NCBI GenBank assembly: GCA_965649825.1
Contig: OZ287694.1
Span: 1,053,197 to 1,117,196 of the forward strand
Source of the DNA: Penicillus capitatus
Lineage: Eukaryota; Plantae; Chlorophyta
DNA length: 64,000 nucleotides
Direction of reading: 5' to 3'
The notes below the pieces were generated by a model. It searched no databases, was not told the origin of the DNA, and saw only the letters and a list, made by a program, of their open reading frames with translations. The position numbers and the translations under genes were made by a program. Below, one piece after another: positions 51,544 through 62,814 of the stretch. The first letter of the stretch is position 1; the number at the start of each line of letters is the position of its first letter.

Positions 51544-52497
51544 TCAGTCACAGCTGTGTTCGATATGACGCAATCTCGATGACCAGTAGTTCGATCGAAT
51601 CGGATCGATCGTTGCACACTGTCGCAAGATCTTTGCGCACGACGCCAAGCACTGTCGACATATTCCTGCTGTCACATTCACCTGACTCGAAGCGATGGCG
51701 AAATACGCATCGGCCAGAAATTCGAGGCAGGGCAAGCAGACGGGCTGCTCTCTAAGAATCTCGTGACAAAACTTCACGACATCTGTCATTTTCTCGCCGA
51801 CACTTGTGTTGCGGACAATTGATTGGCAGAAGTTCCAGCCGGCCTCAGAGTGAGGTGCTTTGCGCAGAAGCACTTTTGTCTTTTCATACTCCGCGAGATG
51901 ACGTGCAGGAGTGGGGAGATATTGCAGCAGATAGTACTTTTGATTCCAGGCTGAGTTGTTGAACACATCCTCCTCCAGCATGTTATCGACGTAATCTATC
52001 TCCTGTTCTATCAACTCCGTCCGTTTCGCTTCTTCGACATGATTCAGAACGGCCTGACGATGTGACCAAGCATGGTAGTTCTTGCTGTCTTGCTGCAATG
52101 CGATGTCGGCATGGCCGAGTTCTTCCTCGGCTGTCGTTCGGCCATCGAGATAGACCTGACGCCTGAAATTCCATAATTGATAATTCTTAGGCGTTTCTTC
52201 TAGAATACCCCCGATGAGTGTCTCTCCATCGGTGTCTGAACCGCCTGTTATTCACGACATCACCAAACAGTGTCAGAATCGACGAGAACGATGACCTGCA
52301 CCGCGCAGACCGGTCAGATATCGCTGCCAGGCGGTGTAACTGGTTGGAACCTGCTGAATGGCGCGTCTGCTAACATCGCGCAATGCTGTAGACGATTCCA
52401 CTTCGTGGAATGTCGCATAGAGTTCCTCGAGAACATCCCGCGTTTCCTGTGTGTATGCTATACTGATTGCCTTCCTGGTTTCGTGCGAGCTGGTCAT
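51544..52497 (-). CDS. FNTA: Protein farnesyltransferase/geranylgeranyltransferase-I alpha subunit
   Basis: PPTA repeats PTSYTAWQ, PKNYQLWNFRR, SKNYHAWSHRQ, VFNNSAWNQK, PHSEAGWNF; C-terminal IDPIRSNYW. Confidence 0.9.
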
Positions 52498-52536
52498 CGG
52501 CAGAGCGCAGAGATCATTTACGATTTTATCAGCACG

Positions 52537-53928
52537 ATGCCGCTCAACATTCGCGTGAAATCGGACCGGCAGGACAGTCGACCGGGAGAGACTTACCGTG
52601 CCACGATCGAGCTTGCGAATACAGATGACTTTGAAGTCGTCTACGTCGTCGAGGGCGTCGCCGTGACCTGTCATGGCGTCGAGGTCCTCGACCCGGGGTG
52701 GGTGTCACCCAAGTACTACAGCAGTAGAAATGACCCACCCTACCGAAAAGACAAGCGACGCATCGTTCGGTCTCTGTTCTCGGCCCATGCGAACCAAATC
52801 CTGGAGAGATTGCTATTCCTGGCTCCAGAACAGGAGAAACAATTTAGTGTGGCATGCTGTCTTCCCGAAAAGCTCCCACCCAGTTTCAAAGGCACAAGTG
52901 TGCGCTATGTCTACGAGTTATGTGTCCATGTCAAGTACCGGAAAGGAGCTTACGGTGCCAGAGATACCCTCAGGAAGTCTGTGGAGAAACAAGAACCACA
53001 TCGAATATCATTCAGACAGCCATTCTGTGTCTATCCAGATTACGTCAATTCTATGCTGAAAAGCAGCAAGAGCACGGAAGAGCTGTCTCGAGATGACATT
53101 CCTATGATGGACGTGTGTTTCCGTTCCGAAGATGAAGTGATGCTTCAATGGTCCGAGGCATCTGACGATGACAAGACAAGTTCGACAGATGAGTCCAATC
53201 TCTCAAGAGTGATCAGCGAAAGCGGCGAGAGTTCATCCACGGCAAATATGGCTCTGCGTTTGGGTATGGCTGGATCCGCTGCAGATTCACGAAGCCTCTC
53301 ACGTTTCAGTGTGTCTCGATCGAGTCTGCCGGAAACAGAGATGAGTTATCAACCGCCGCTTCGACACAGAACCTCAAGTATCACGCATGCCGAAGCGCAG
53401 TTATTGGTTAGCCTGTGTGTCCATCCTCAGACGTTTAATCTTCGTTTTGGCAACGAGTCTGTTGTCCTCTTTTCCTTTAATCCTTCAATGTCATGTCCAC
53501 TACGTCCGGGATCGATGCTGGGTGGCGTTCTGCGTCTGTCGGGGATGGTGGAGAAGAATGGTCACCATCAGCAGCAGCAGCAGAACTGGAGATGTCAGTC
53601 CTATACAGTCATGTTAGAAACGGAAGAAGAAGTCGTGGAGACGTGGCAACGCGATACTGCTCAAGACAAGAGAGTGATCCGTCGTCTGCACTGTGAGCAC
53701 ACAGAGTTTACAGGAGATGTGCTCATGACCAATTTCATGTTTACTATTCCTTCCAATGCACCTCCATCTTTCAAAACACCCCTTTTATCTCTCAGATGGG
53801 TGCTAAAATTCGAGTTTGAAGTGGGTCGCTGTCAGGACTGGATGGAGATGGGGGATGTGCAACCGACATCGAATGATACAGAGCCTCTCTTATGGCAGCT
53901 GCCTTTGACAGTGTATCCTCGTTACTAA
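52537..53928 (+). CDS. RGP1: RGP1 (RAB6A-GEF complex partner protein 2)
   Basis: LPPSFKGTSVRYVYEL, LETEEEV, APPSFKTPLLSLRWVLKFEF, LLWQLPLTV: arrestin-like Rgp1 motifs. Confidence 0.85.
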   Translation: MPLNIRVKSDRQDSRPGETYRATIELANTDDFEVVYVVEGVAVTCHGVEVLDPGWVSPKYYSSRNDPPYRKDKRRIVRSLFSAHANQILERLLFLAPEQEKQFSVACCLPEKLPPSFKGTSVRYVYELCVHVKYRKGAYGARDTLRKSVEKQEPHRISFRQPFCVYPDYVNSMLKSSKSTEELSRDDIPMMDVCFRSEDEVMLQWSEASDDDKTSSTDESNLSRVISESGESSSTANMALRLGMAGSAADSRSLSRFSVSRSSLPETEMSYQPPLRHRTSSITHAEAQLLVSLCVHPQTFNLRFGNESVVLFSFNPSMSCPLRPGSMLGGVLRLSGMVEKNGHHQQQQQNWRCQSYTVMLETEEEVVETWQRDTAQDKRVIRRLHCEHTEFTGDVLMTNFMFTIPSNAPPSFKTPLLSLRWVLKFEFEVGRCQDWMEMGDVQPTSNDTEPLLWQLPLTVYPRY

Positions 53929-53984
53929 AATTTCATAACATTGATTGATGGACATGTCGATGCCATTCCTAGTGTGAAATGAGA

Positions 53985-55250
53985 CTAGCTAAGCGCCAGT
54001 GTCAGAATGAGAGCCAACGGCATCAGGAGTATCACACCTGATATCCACACTGCCAACTTCACATTTTCATCCAAACCTTCGTCTTCGGCATTGTCTTTGT
54101 TCAAGTAAGTGGTGTTCCACTCCTGAGGGATTTTGGCGAAATATGGCTCGTATTCCTTCGACAAGGACACGCTCTTCATCTTAGCCACTTTGAGATGCTC
54201 CATCGCTGTGAAACCGAACAGCATACGCCTTGCCTGTGTTCGAACATCCGACTGTGGATGCCTAGAAAGGACGGTAGATCAGATAGATGCTGTTCCGTCT
54301 CGGAAAAGGACGTACTTGGTGAGTTGTTCATAGATCGCCTTGGCATATTTGCCGTTTCCCATCGAATCGAGGCAGAGGGCATGTTTGAACAGTGCTTCTC
54401 CTCCGTATTTGGTAACGAAATCCACCACTTTGCTGGCCTCCAAAAATTTCTGCGCCGCCATGGCGAGATTTCCCTTCTTCATGAACGCCTCTCCCTCGTT
54501 GTACAGTGCAGAGTACACCACTTCGTCATCTGGATCAATGTACAGACCCTTTCTCTTTTTGTAGTCCAGCAGAGCCGATGCAAGTTCGGCGTCTCTTCTC
54601 TTCTTGTCTTCTGCGGATTCCAATGGCTCCGATGGATCGATCTTGCGTCCGCCTCCATAAGCCTCGGAGATGTTGGCTGGACGAGGATACATTCCCCAGG
54701 TCGAGACCTTTGGTCGATAGCTCTTGTCCACCGAAATCACTTCGACCGCACGAGGTATCGGGCGTCCTTCTTCGGTCATTGTGAAATCTTCAGGGCGTTC
54801 ACCCGGATTGATCATGTTGACATTTTCGTCGGAAAGAAAAAAAGCTGGCCGATCGGCCGATCCGGCAAAACCTGACGGCTCTTCGATCGGCCCGTCTACT
54901 TCCACGGCACGACGGAATCCTGGACCTTCGGTTTCTGTCGTCCCTCTGTTGAACTGCGCACGAAACGCGCTTTCCGAGAGACGACGGTCGCTGTCTTCAG
55001 GTCGTTCCAGTTCGTCCCCAAATGCACTCGGACCCGCCGGCATGACGACGTCCTCTTCCTTCTTGCCTTTCATCGCTTTGTACGCTTTTGCTTTGGCCAA
55101 TCGTTCGAGGATATCGTTCTTGGCAGGTGGCGGCGTCTCCTTATCGTCGGCCTCGTGTACACGGACGCGGCGCCAGTGCCGATGTCTCCGTCCCCGGCTC
55201 GGAGGGGCATCATGCCTCACCGCCCACGATGCCTGGTGCAGTTGCATCAT
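53985..55250 (-). CDS. Conserved plastid-type TPR-containing protein with C-terminal TM, 2 exons
   Basis: YRPKVSTWGMYPRPANISEAYGGGR, TPR-like ALYNEGEAFMKKG...YGGEALFKHALCLDSMG, intron then HPQSDVRTQARRMLFGFTAME, C-terminal hydrophobic helix. Confidence 0.75.
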
Positions 55251-55349
55251 CGTCGACGCAAAAATGACGCCGTGATGTCATCCATTCATCATCGCACGGT
55301 CTAGAGACAGCACCTGACTCCACCAAAGTGGACGACTCCTGAGGTCTGA

Positions 55350-56099
55350 TTGATGGCTTCAAATGGCGAGCCATCCTCGAATCCTGCTCCATTCGACGAA
55401 GAAGAGGCGCGAGTGGGTGACACTCCAAAGCGCCCTGACAGTAAAGAAACACACGACGTGGCCAGCGACGCACCTTCCGAAACGCAAACGACAACGAAGA
55501 CGGCGTATGAAAGCCGACGCTTTGCTACGTGGACATTGGGAGAGCCATTTAGCGACCAAGCAAAAGTGTCCGCCGCTCTCGATCGATTGGTGCGTCCTTC
55601 AGAAGGCAGACAAGCGATTCAACGACTTTATCAGGGCCCGTTTTTCTTGGAGAGCGATACATGTCCCCTTCCTCTGATGGATCCACGTCGCGGACCTTTT
55701 GACGAATCTGACGAGACGGAAGAGGAGACAAGGATCGCGGTGGCGACGACGACGACGACGACGGAGACGGACGTCCGTGGACTTCAGGAGCTGCAACTGA
55801 ACGACGTCGTCGAAGATGCGTCGCCATTGAAAACGGCAACAGACGAGGAGTCGATTGAAGAGATCTCCGATCGCCTCCTTCAAGAGCGGGATGTCGAAGA
55901 AGATGCTGTCCGAATTGACCAGCATCTGTCGAAGCGCAAGAGAAAGGAGTTCGTTTCGCGTGAGCGGTGCAATTTCGTGAAACACAATTTGAAGAACAAG
56001 AGGCGAAAAATGCGAAACAAACCGCGCGCGACGAAGAAGAGTCGAGCAACGGCTCCTCCTCCTCCTCCAAAACCTGTCGGACAAGAGAGCATATGTTGA
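55350..56099 (+). CDS. Hypothetical acidic/basic protein
   Basis: 249-aa ATG ORF lying head-to-head with the preceding gene; C-terminal K/R-rich NLS-like tract. Confidence 0.55.
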   Translation: MMASNGEPSSNPAPFDEEEARVGDTPKRPDSKETHDVASDAPSETQTTTKTAYESRRFATWTLGEPFSDQAKVSAALDRLVRPSEGRQAIQRLYQGPFFLESDTCPLPLMDPRRGPFDESDETEEETRIAVATTTTTTETDVRGLQELQLNDVVEDASPLKTATDEESIEEISDRLLQERDVEEDAVRIDQHLSKRKRKEFVSRERCNFVKHNLKNKRRKMRNKPRATKKSRATAPPPPPKPVGQESIC

Positions 56100-56901
56100 A
56101 AAGGTGCACCATACGGTGTTTTCGTGTGTGAACAGACGAAACCGCGACAGTGCGTGATATGGAAGGCCTGTGGAAAGGAGATAGATGTCTTCCTCAAACG
56201 GACGAAGTGCCGTCCGTTCATGCAGTGGCGCAGCGAAGAAGAGTCTTTGTGAGTTTTGGCGAATGTCACATGAGCCGTGTTGGGATCTCTTCCACTGCTC
56301 TGTCAGGTTATCCGTTCATCGAAACTCAATCGTCTGTGTGATCGACAAATTCGGACAGAGTTAAGACAGGACGATTCAGTTAAGAGACATAGATTTCGGT
56401 CTATTCGTCTGACAGCAGATATTCTCGCCGAACACGTGCACGATTGCGACGGCAGATTTCGAAACCTTGTTGACAAGATTGCGGCGTCCAGCACGATGAC
56501 TCGAATATCGACCGTCCTCGACGGAACAGAATAGCGCGGAAGCGCGATGAAATAGACAAAAGGCAAATCAGTAGTCCAGTAGATGGTTTCTACTCTCCGT
56601 CGATATGCGCCTACCCAAAACATGAAACGCCGTTTCGATTAGCCAATCGCAAACTCACAGCTATCCTGCCTTTAGGTAAGGACGATCACCGACTCGATAC
56701 TCATGCTTCCTTTCGCATCCGCATTCGAGGCTCTTACCTGTCGTATTGTCTCAGCACTTTCTTCTCTGTGGATTTGCCGATGCCATCGGGCCGATGAGTC
56801 GTAAAATGGCCAATCATCGTCAACGGCGTCGCTCTTTGGCACATTCTCTCTCCTGACGAACGGGCAGATCGTCGCACTGAAGAGAAAAAGCAGCATTGTC
56901 G

Positions 56902-58670
56902 ATGGCTATGGCCACAGGAGACATCGAAGGCAACTTGCATCGACTGCTTCAGGAACTTCGGTTCATGAAGTATCCTGTCGACGTTGACGAGGTCGGGTAA
57001 GAGAGAAACGAGAACTTGCAAGACCTCTGATCGACTCATACAACGTCATGTCAGATTGCGCCTCGGCGACCCTGTCTGTTGTCTGCACATCCTGCATTAC
57101 ACCTTGCTCGATTTCTCATCTGCTGTGGCGCAAGTTTTACTCGGACATGGGTGCGAGGTCGTTTATTCTTCGACCTTATCACGAAACGTCCGAGATCGTC
57201 GATACAGTTGCGTGGAAAAACGGACAAGAAATTCGCAGAAATCGCATTTCGAGTGTTCAGAGATGTTCTTGGAATAAAACCCGTTTTGACATGCACTCAG
57301 CTACTACAGCAGGTAGGCTCTCCGATCGGCTTAAGTACAGGAAAGCCAGAACTTTCGTTTGTTAGGGATTCGCCGAACGCAAGCTCATGTTACTGAGTGA
57401 AGTGATCGTGAAATGCAGAGAACTGCACACGAGTGAAAACAAACGCAAGAAGATTCACAACCTCAAATTCCACCACGTTAGCAAAAGGCTCACAGAGAAT
57501 CTGTATGCACAAATAGTATTCATGTAGCGCCTTCCACGTGCATCAAAGCTTCCGTCGGCGCCAAGAATCGAGAGAGGTCGTGTACTACACATCACATCAC
57601 CCTGATCCGTCATGTGTGCTGATGTTAGTAGCCGGGCGAGAGGACCAGCCTTTACGGATTGCCACGAGCAAGTGGGTCAATCAGGAAAACGCGGATGAAG
57701 TCGACAACAAGCGAGCATTGGCACAGAGGGGAAGACACGTGATTCTCAGTCCTGATAGTGAAGAGACAAATGCCACCAAATCTGTCTTCGTTTCTGACGA
57801 TCTTGTCTGTGCATTCGATGCGGTCGAGGGCAGCAGATGTAGAGCTGTCGATTGCAGATCGTCCGATCGCAGCGATTCGACGAGTCCATCGGGGCATGAC
57901 GGGCACGAAGCTGATGAGTCGGAAGATTACCAGCGTACTACAGACGCTCTGAGAGTGGAATCGTCGCAGCTGTCTACGGATGATTGGCCGAGATCTTTTC
58001 CCGTCGATCTTGCTGCGCGAGATTCCAGATACATTCGCCCACAGACAAAAACGACATCTAACATTGAGCAGCAGACGACGTCCATTTCTATCGAAAGTGT
58101 TCTTTTTCTCGACGATTCTCTCGTCCGACGGATCCGTTTTTAGATCTCGTCAAGAGAATGGACGAGATGGCCTGCCTGATTGTCGAATTACAGACTCAAA
58201 TTTCCTCCCAACGAATGGAACTGGAGATCCTTAGCGAACGCGTCTCGGACGCTCCGTTGTCTTATCGCGACACCAGACGCAGTTTGAAGAAAGGCTTTGG
58301 TTTTAGGGGCGATGGACGCGGGATAGACGATCTTCGAAAGAAAATCGGACAAATGGAAACGCGAATGAAGTTCTATGAAGCCGAGAAAGTAATGTCGCCA
58401 TTATCTGAAGCGTCGATTCAGAAAACGAAGGAGAAGGGTACGTCCTTGCAACGATCGGGCAAATCGCGATCGCCGGAGACTTCTGCCGCTTTGAATTCGA
58501 GCGAGAGGACAATAACAACGACGCTACCCTCGCGTTGCGTCGAGGACATCGTTGCAGCACTGTCCGAAAGACAGAACACTGCTGAAAGCTTTCTTAAAGA
58601 GCACAAATACGGAAAGAGTCGTCACGGCTGTGCACTAGATATATCGACAGACACTAAGTCGAGCGATTAG
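56902..58670 (+). CDS. CEP44: Centrosomal protein of 44 kDa, multi-exon
   Basis: MATGDIEGNLHRLLQELRFMKYPVDVDEVG|LRLGDP...ILHYTLLDFS...GCE|LRGKTDKKFAE...KPVLTCTQLLQQ|GFAERKLMLL matches the CEP44 N-terminal domain. Confidence 0.85.
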
Positions 58671-59544
58671 ATCGATTAACTTTGTCCTTCGCGCGTTTTT
58701 CATCGATAACGCATGGTGTTTCTAGAATGATTATGTTTGACTGACGACATTTTTCACCGATAACCATGTATTGGTGTCGCCAATTCTTTATGTATGGCAC
58801 AGGACAATCGGCCTTCAAACATTCGACACAAAGAGTTTTCGATCTGATTTACGCACCGTTTCGATAATGATGAAGATTAGACGATCGAATTATCGAGGAT
58901 ATTGTAACGTTTGCAAAAAGCCTGGCATGCATGATGCAAAAACGACATGAGGCGTGATGAGAAGAATATCACGACGCTGTTCAGTTATTGGTTACATCAG
59001 CAGAGATATGCAAACGTGCCCTTTCCATGAACTCTATATCGAAGTAATCAACAGCTGTTGTTTGTATTTGTAGACCTTGGAATGTGGCATGTGTGGAGAA
59101 TGGCCTTAGGCTGTTCGTCCTTCCCAGAGCCAGCGCTTGGGGTCCTGTGATGGATTATTCGTCAATCAGCTATTTTTCTTGGTGTCCAAGTCTTTTTCCC
59201 GGGGTGAGAACTAGGGGCGATGAAACCGGTTCGGAGTGCTCGTCAAAATGAGCCTGGGAAAGTTCGCGGAAATCGAGTTACAGCTGAAGTTCCGTTGCAG
59301 AACCTGCGCACGGAAGTCAACGAACAGAATGTGGAACGCCAAGCAAGTTTAATAGGCAAACGAACCACTCAGAGAACAGTTAAACACCCGATGCTACGTC
59401 AAAAACCAAGAGTTCTTCTAGAGCTTCGAATGGAACTTCTGTACTAGCTTTTGGTATTCCAAAAAGCTCAAGCGGCTTTGCATCATCTATCACGTCAATG
59501 ACCCTCGTACAGAAACCCAGCAACGCCCCTTCCTTTGTAGGGAT

Positions 59545-59945
59545 AGCGATTGAAAGATGGCATCATGCGTCAGCTTCAGTCCGTTGTGCTTAACGGTGCC
59601 GAAGATATCACACATCGTTATCCCGTCAACATTAATCTCTCCTTCGCCTGCGTGGAAGGAGAGAGCTTGATCATGGGATTGAAGGACATTGCTATTTCGA
59701 GTGGCAGCGCCTGTACAAGTGCCAGTTTGGAACCATCATACGTTCTGCGTGCTCTGGGAGTGGATGAGGAGATGGCCCATACGTCGCTGAGATTTGGAAT
59801 TGGTCGTTTTACGACAGAGGCCGAGATCGATCGAGCAATTGAGTTGACCTGTCGTCAGGTGAACAAACTGCGGGAGATCAGTCCGCTGTGGGAGTTCACG
59901 CAAGAAGGTGTGGATCTGAAGACGATTCAGTGGACACAGCACTAG
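59545..59945 (+). pseudogene. NFS1: Orphan 3' fragment of mitochondrial cysteine desulfurase
   Basis: [49 protein letters not shown]. No PLP-binding N-terminal two-thirds upstream; substitutions at normally conserved sites (RYPVN, FACVEG, REISP). Confidence 0.8.
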
Positions 59946-60330
59946 TCAGATTGTTTTTTGCGAACCGTGTACAACTTCTGTCCTCTTTCGTTTCTGCGTC
60001 TCTCACTGCAGCGACGAACCGCTAGCAACTTGATCGCAACGACAGCGTGTCACTGTCCAATGCTGCCCTCCGTCCATGAAACTGCCGCCTGTTTCTTTTA
60101 ACCGAGGTCTATCGTTGGCTGTCGTTCGAAAGACAAAGAAAGGTTGTATGGATGTGTATTGGGCAATCCGTGTGTGAATCGCGCGCAAGGACACACGATG
60201 AAGACGGATGATGTGTCACACCTCGACCACTACCTTGATTGTTTGACAGGAAGGCAATTAAAAACAAGGAGCCCCCGTCTCCATCAACATTAGTTTGCAT
60301 TCAGAAAATCTTGACTCTTTTGGATAGAAT

Positions 60331-60522
60331 GCCGTCGATCGGCATCGCTCGCTCCCCGCCGTCGATCGGCATCGCTCGCTCCCCGCCGTCGATCGGCATC
60401 GCTCGCTCCCCGCCGTCGATCGGCATCGCTCGCTCCCCGCCGTCGATCGGCATCGCTCGCTCCCCGCCGTCGATCGGCATCGCTCGCTCCCCGCCGTCGA
60501 TCGGCATCGCTCGCTCCCCGCC
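60331..60522. repeat. Tandem minisatellite, 27-bp unit, ~7 copies
   Basis: gccgtcgatcggcatcgctcgctcccc repeated without spacers. Confidence 0.97.
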
Positions 60523-60583
60523 GGTGATTAAGAACATTATGAGTTAATGACACTATTTTTGGACAGCCGCGGATTTTGTTGTC

Positions 60584-60985
60584 GTACACCACATACCTTC
60601 CTTTTCCTTGCATAACTTCCGGGACGGGCCAATCGGAGCGCGGTATGGGCAAGTGTCACGTCGTCCGTGCACCACATACCTTCCTTTTCCTTGCAAAACG
60701 TCCCTTTTCCTTGCAAGACTTCCCGGACGGACGATCGGAGGGGCAAGTGTCACGTCATCCGTACATCACCTACCTTCCTTTTCCTTGCAAAAAACTTCCC
60801 GTTTCCTTGCAAAACTTCCCAAACGGACCAATCGGAGCGCGGGATGGGCAAGTGTCACGTCGTCCGTACACCACATAGCTTCCTTTTCCTTGCAAAACGT
60901 CCCGTTTCCTTGCAAGACTTCCCGGACGGACCAATCGGAGCGCGGGATGGGCAAGTGTCGCGTCTTCCGTACATCACCTACCTTG
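60584..60985 (+). repeat. Four diverged ~83-105 bp tandem units plus a partial fifth (enhancer/U3-like array)
   Basis: Units start near 60584, 60667, 60761, 60866, 60969; each has ccttccttttccttgca, most have ccaatcggagcgcgg and gggcaagtgtcacgtc. Confidence 0.9.
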
Positions 60986-60991
60986 CGCGGG

Positions 60992-61016
60992 TATATAAGC
61001 CGCACGCAGATCAGTT
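60992..61016 (+). promoter_or_regulatory. TATA box (TATATAAG) with Inr-like TCAGTT
   Basis: Directly follows the repeat array and precedes a pyrimidine-rich leader and the ATG at 61118. TATA-Inr spacing (~21 nt) is shorter than typical. Confidence 0.55.
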
Positions 61017-61117
61017 TTTCGACTTATTGTCTTTCGCGCTGTTGTGTTCTCTGTGCTCTTTCTCTCGGTTTTCTCTCTGCCTTCTGCAAAAACTAGAATA
61101 GAAGCAAAAAACCAAGA

Positions 61118-62293
61118 ATGAATGCCTCCAACGCTGGTTCGCATCATTCCTCAAGCCCGGCAGCATCCCGTCGCGGTTCTGCCGTCCATTGGTATAGTTC
61201 TATGTCGGAGCAAAGTGCGCGCTCCGGATCCGATAGTTCTGTTCCCTCCGGGTACACCGGTCTTACAGGGCTGCGCGCACACTCCGGATCCCACATCAGT
61301 TCCGTCCCGTCAGGCTACACCGGTCTGACGGCGATGCGCAGCGCGTCTGCGCACAACTACGAGCAAGGCGCGTCAGAACGCCACCAGGGCGTCTTCGCTC
61401 GAGCCTACCGCTCTCCTGCCGTTTCGTCGAACCACTCGGTTCCCTCGACTCCCCAAGCTCAAACGGCGCCCGTGTCAGCCCCTGGCTCGCACGTTTCGGG
61501 CGGGAACGCAGCGGCGCCGTACTCACCATGGCAGGCCTCTGACGGCCAGCCAGCACCCGTCTATTCCCCCCACACCCATGCGTGCAGACACGTCTACGGG
61601 TTGGAGGCGTATCTAGACGGACTGGATCAAACAGCCGGTGGCCAAGAGCCGCATCCAGCTGATGCCATTGAGATTGATGAGCAAGAGCAGTACGTATACT
61701 CGCCCCCATCCGGGCTTCGCACTCCTGGTTCATCCGCTCCGTTGCCGCCTGTTCGCGGTTTTTTCAACGTGCAAGCGCGCGACTGGCCGCCAACCCTGCC
61801 CGTCCCAACGGCCGCGGACGAAGCATCAATCCGCACTGACGACGACGTCCGCAGCCAGAGTCGCGTTCGGGTCCGGTCCGGGTGGGCTGAGTACATGCGC
61901 GCATTCGACTTGAGGTACGACGAGCCGTACGACGAGCCAGCGGACCAAAGGGCAGACACCGGCGTTCGCCCCACCGAACAGATCGTGGCGAACTTCGACC
62001 GCGAGCACGCAAGGGGGATGGGACCCATCCGTCAGTTGATGCAAGAGATCCGGGAAGACATGAACCGATATGATCGCCGCAGAGAAGAATGGATCCGACA
62101 GGGCTTGATAGAGGGCCCTTCTAAAAGGTCTCGGCAGGACCCCGAAGGGAGTTCTTCTAAAAGGCCCCGGCGGGACTCGGAAGGGGGCCCTTCTAAAAGG
62201 TCTCGGCAGGACTCCGAAGGGAGTTCTTCTAAAAGGTCGCGACGGGACTCGGAAGGGGGATCTTCTAAAAGATCCCGTCGTCGACTGAACTGA
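61118..62293 (+). CDS. Intronless orphan protein (391 aa) with five ~12-aa SKR(S/P)R(Q/R)DSEG repeats
   Basis: Open ATG ORF; duplicated SSVPSGYTGLT near the N-terminus; helical W/Y-containing core; 36-bp C-terminal repeat units. No family recognised. Confidence 0.65.
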   Translation: MNASNAGSHHSSSPAASRRGSAVHWYSSMSEQSARSGSDSSVPSGYTGLTGLRAHSGSHISSVPSGYTGLTAMRSASAHNYEQGASERHQGVFARAYRSPAVSSNHSVPSTPQAQTAPVSAPGSHVSGGNAAAPYSPWQASDGQPAPVYSPHTHACRHVYGLEAYLDGLDQTAGGQEPHPADAIEIDEQEQYVYSPPSGLRTPGSSAPLPPVRGFFNVQARDWPPTLPVPTAADEASIRTDDDVRSQSRVRVRSGWAEYMRAFDLRYDEPYDEPADQRADTGVRPTEQIVANFDREHARGMGPIRQLMQEIREDMNRYDRRREEWIRQGLIEGPSKRSRQDPEGSSSKRPRRDSEGGPSKRSRQDSEGSSSKRSRRDSEGGSSKRSRRRLN

Positions 62294-62814
62294 CTCGCCC
62301 CGCCTGTTGCGGGTTAGGTTGAGAAAAGGTCAGGCCCAGGTTCGGCCGTCTGTTCGGACAGTCACGACTGCACGGTGGTTGCTGAGCGCGTTGTTGACTG
62401 GTTCACCTCGCGCTTCTGCAAAAGGGCTAGTGGCGTCGTCGTGCTGGCGACGGGTTCCCAAGCACGCGGCGCCAATCCCGGTTTTGCCGTTCGTTAACCA
62501 GTCGAAGGCGGGTCCTCGATTGGTGACGCCGTTCCTGGGCCTCCGCACGTTACACACGCGGAGTGATGATCTGACAATCACACTAGCATCCCGAAGCTTT
62601 TTCGAGTTCACTTTCTACTGTTTCAGATTGCGCAAGAGCAGAATAATAGGCAAGGCTAGGGTTGGGAGCCTTTTGGCGAAAACGTCTCGGTGATGGATGT
62701 GACTTGTCTCGGTGCTCGGCGACGGGTTCACCTTGCACCGATGGACGGACGTTCTGACGCTGCTGCCTCGGAGACTGGTTTCTCCTACGCGTGGTGTCAT
62801 TGGCTGTATCCGTT

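Noticed and set aside
56150-56840. Possible spliced minus-strand gene divergent from CEP44
   Set aside because: A partial exon chain is conceivable (MCQRATPL...YDR|...AYRRRVETIYW) but no family or complete model could be supported.
60331-60522. 27-bp and 29-bp (63431-63524) repeats as CRISPR arrays
   Set aside because: Units are contiguous with no unique spacers, there are no cas genes, and the context is eukaryotic.
60239-61101. ORFs made of PSIGIARSP, GASDADRRR or LFLAKRP repeats
   Set aside because: Translations of the tandem arrays in several frames; better explained as non-coding repeats.
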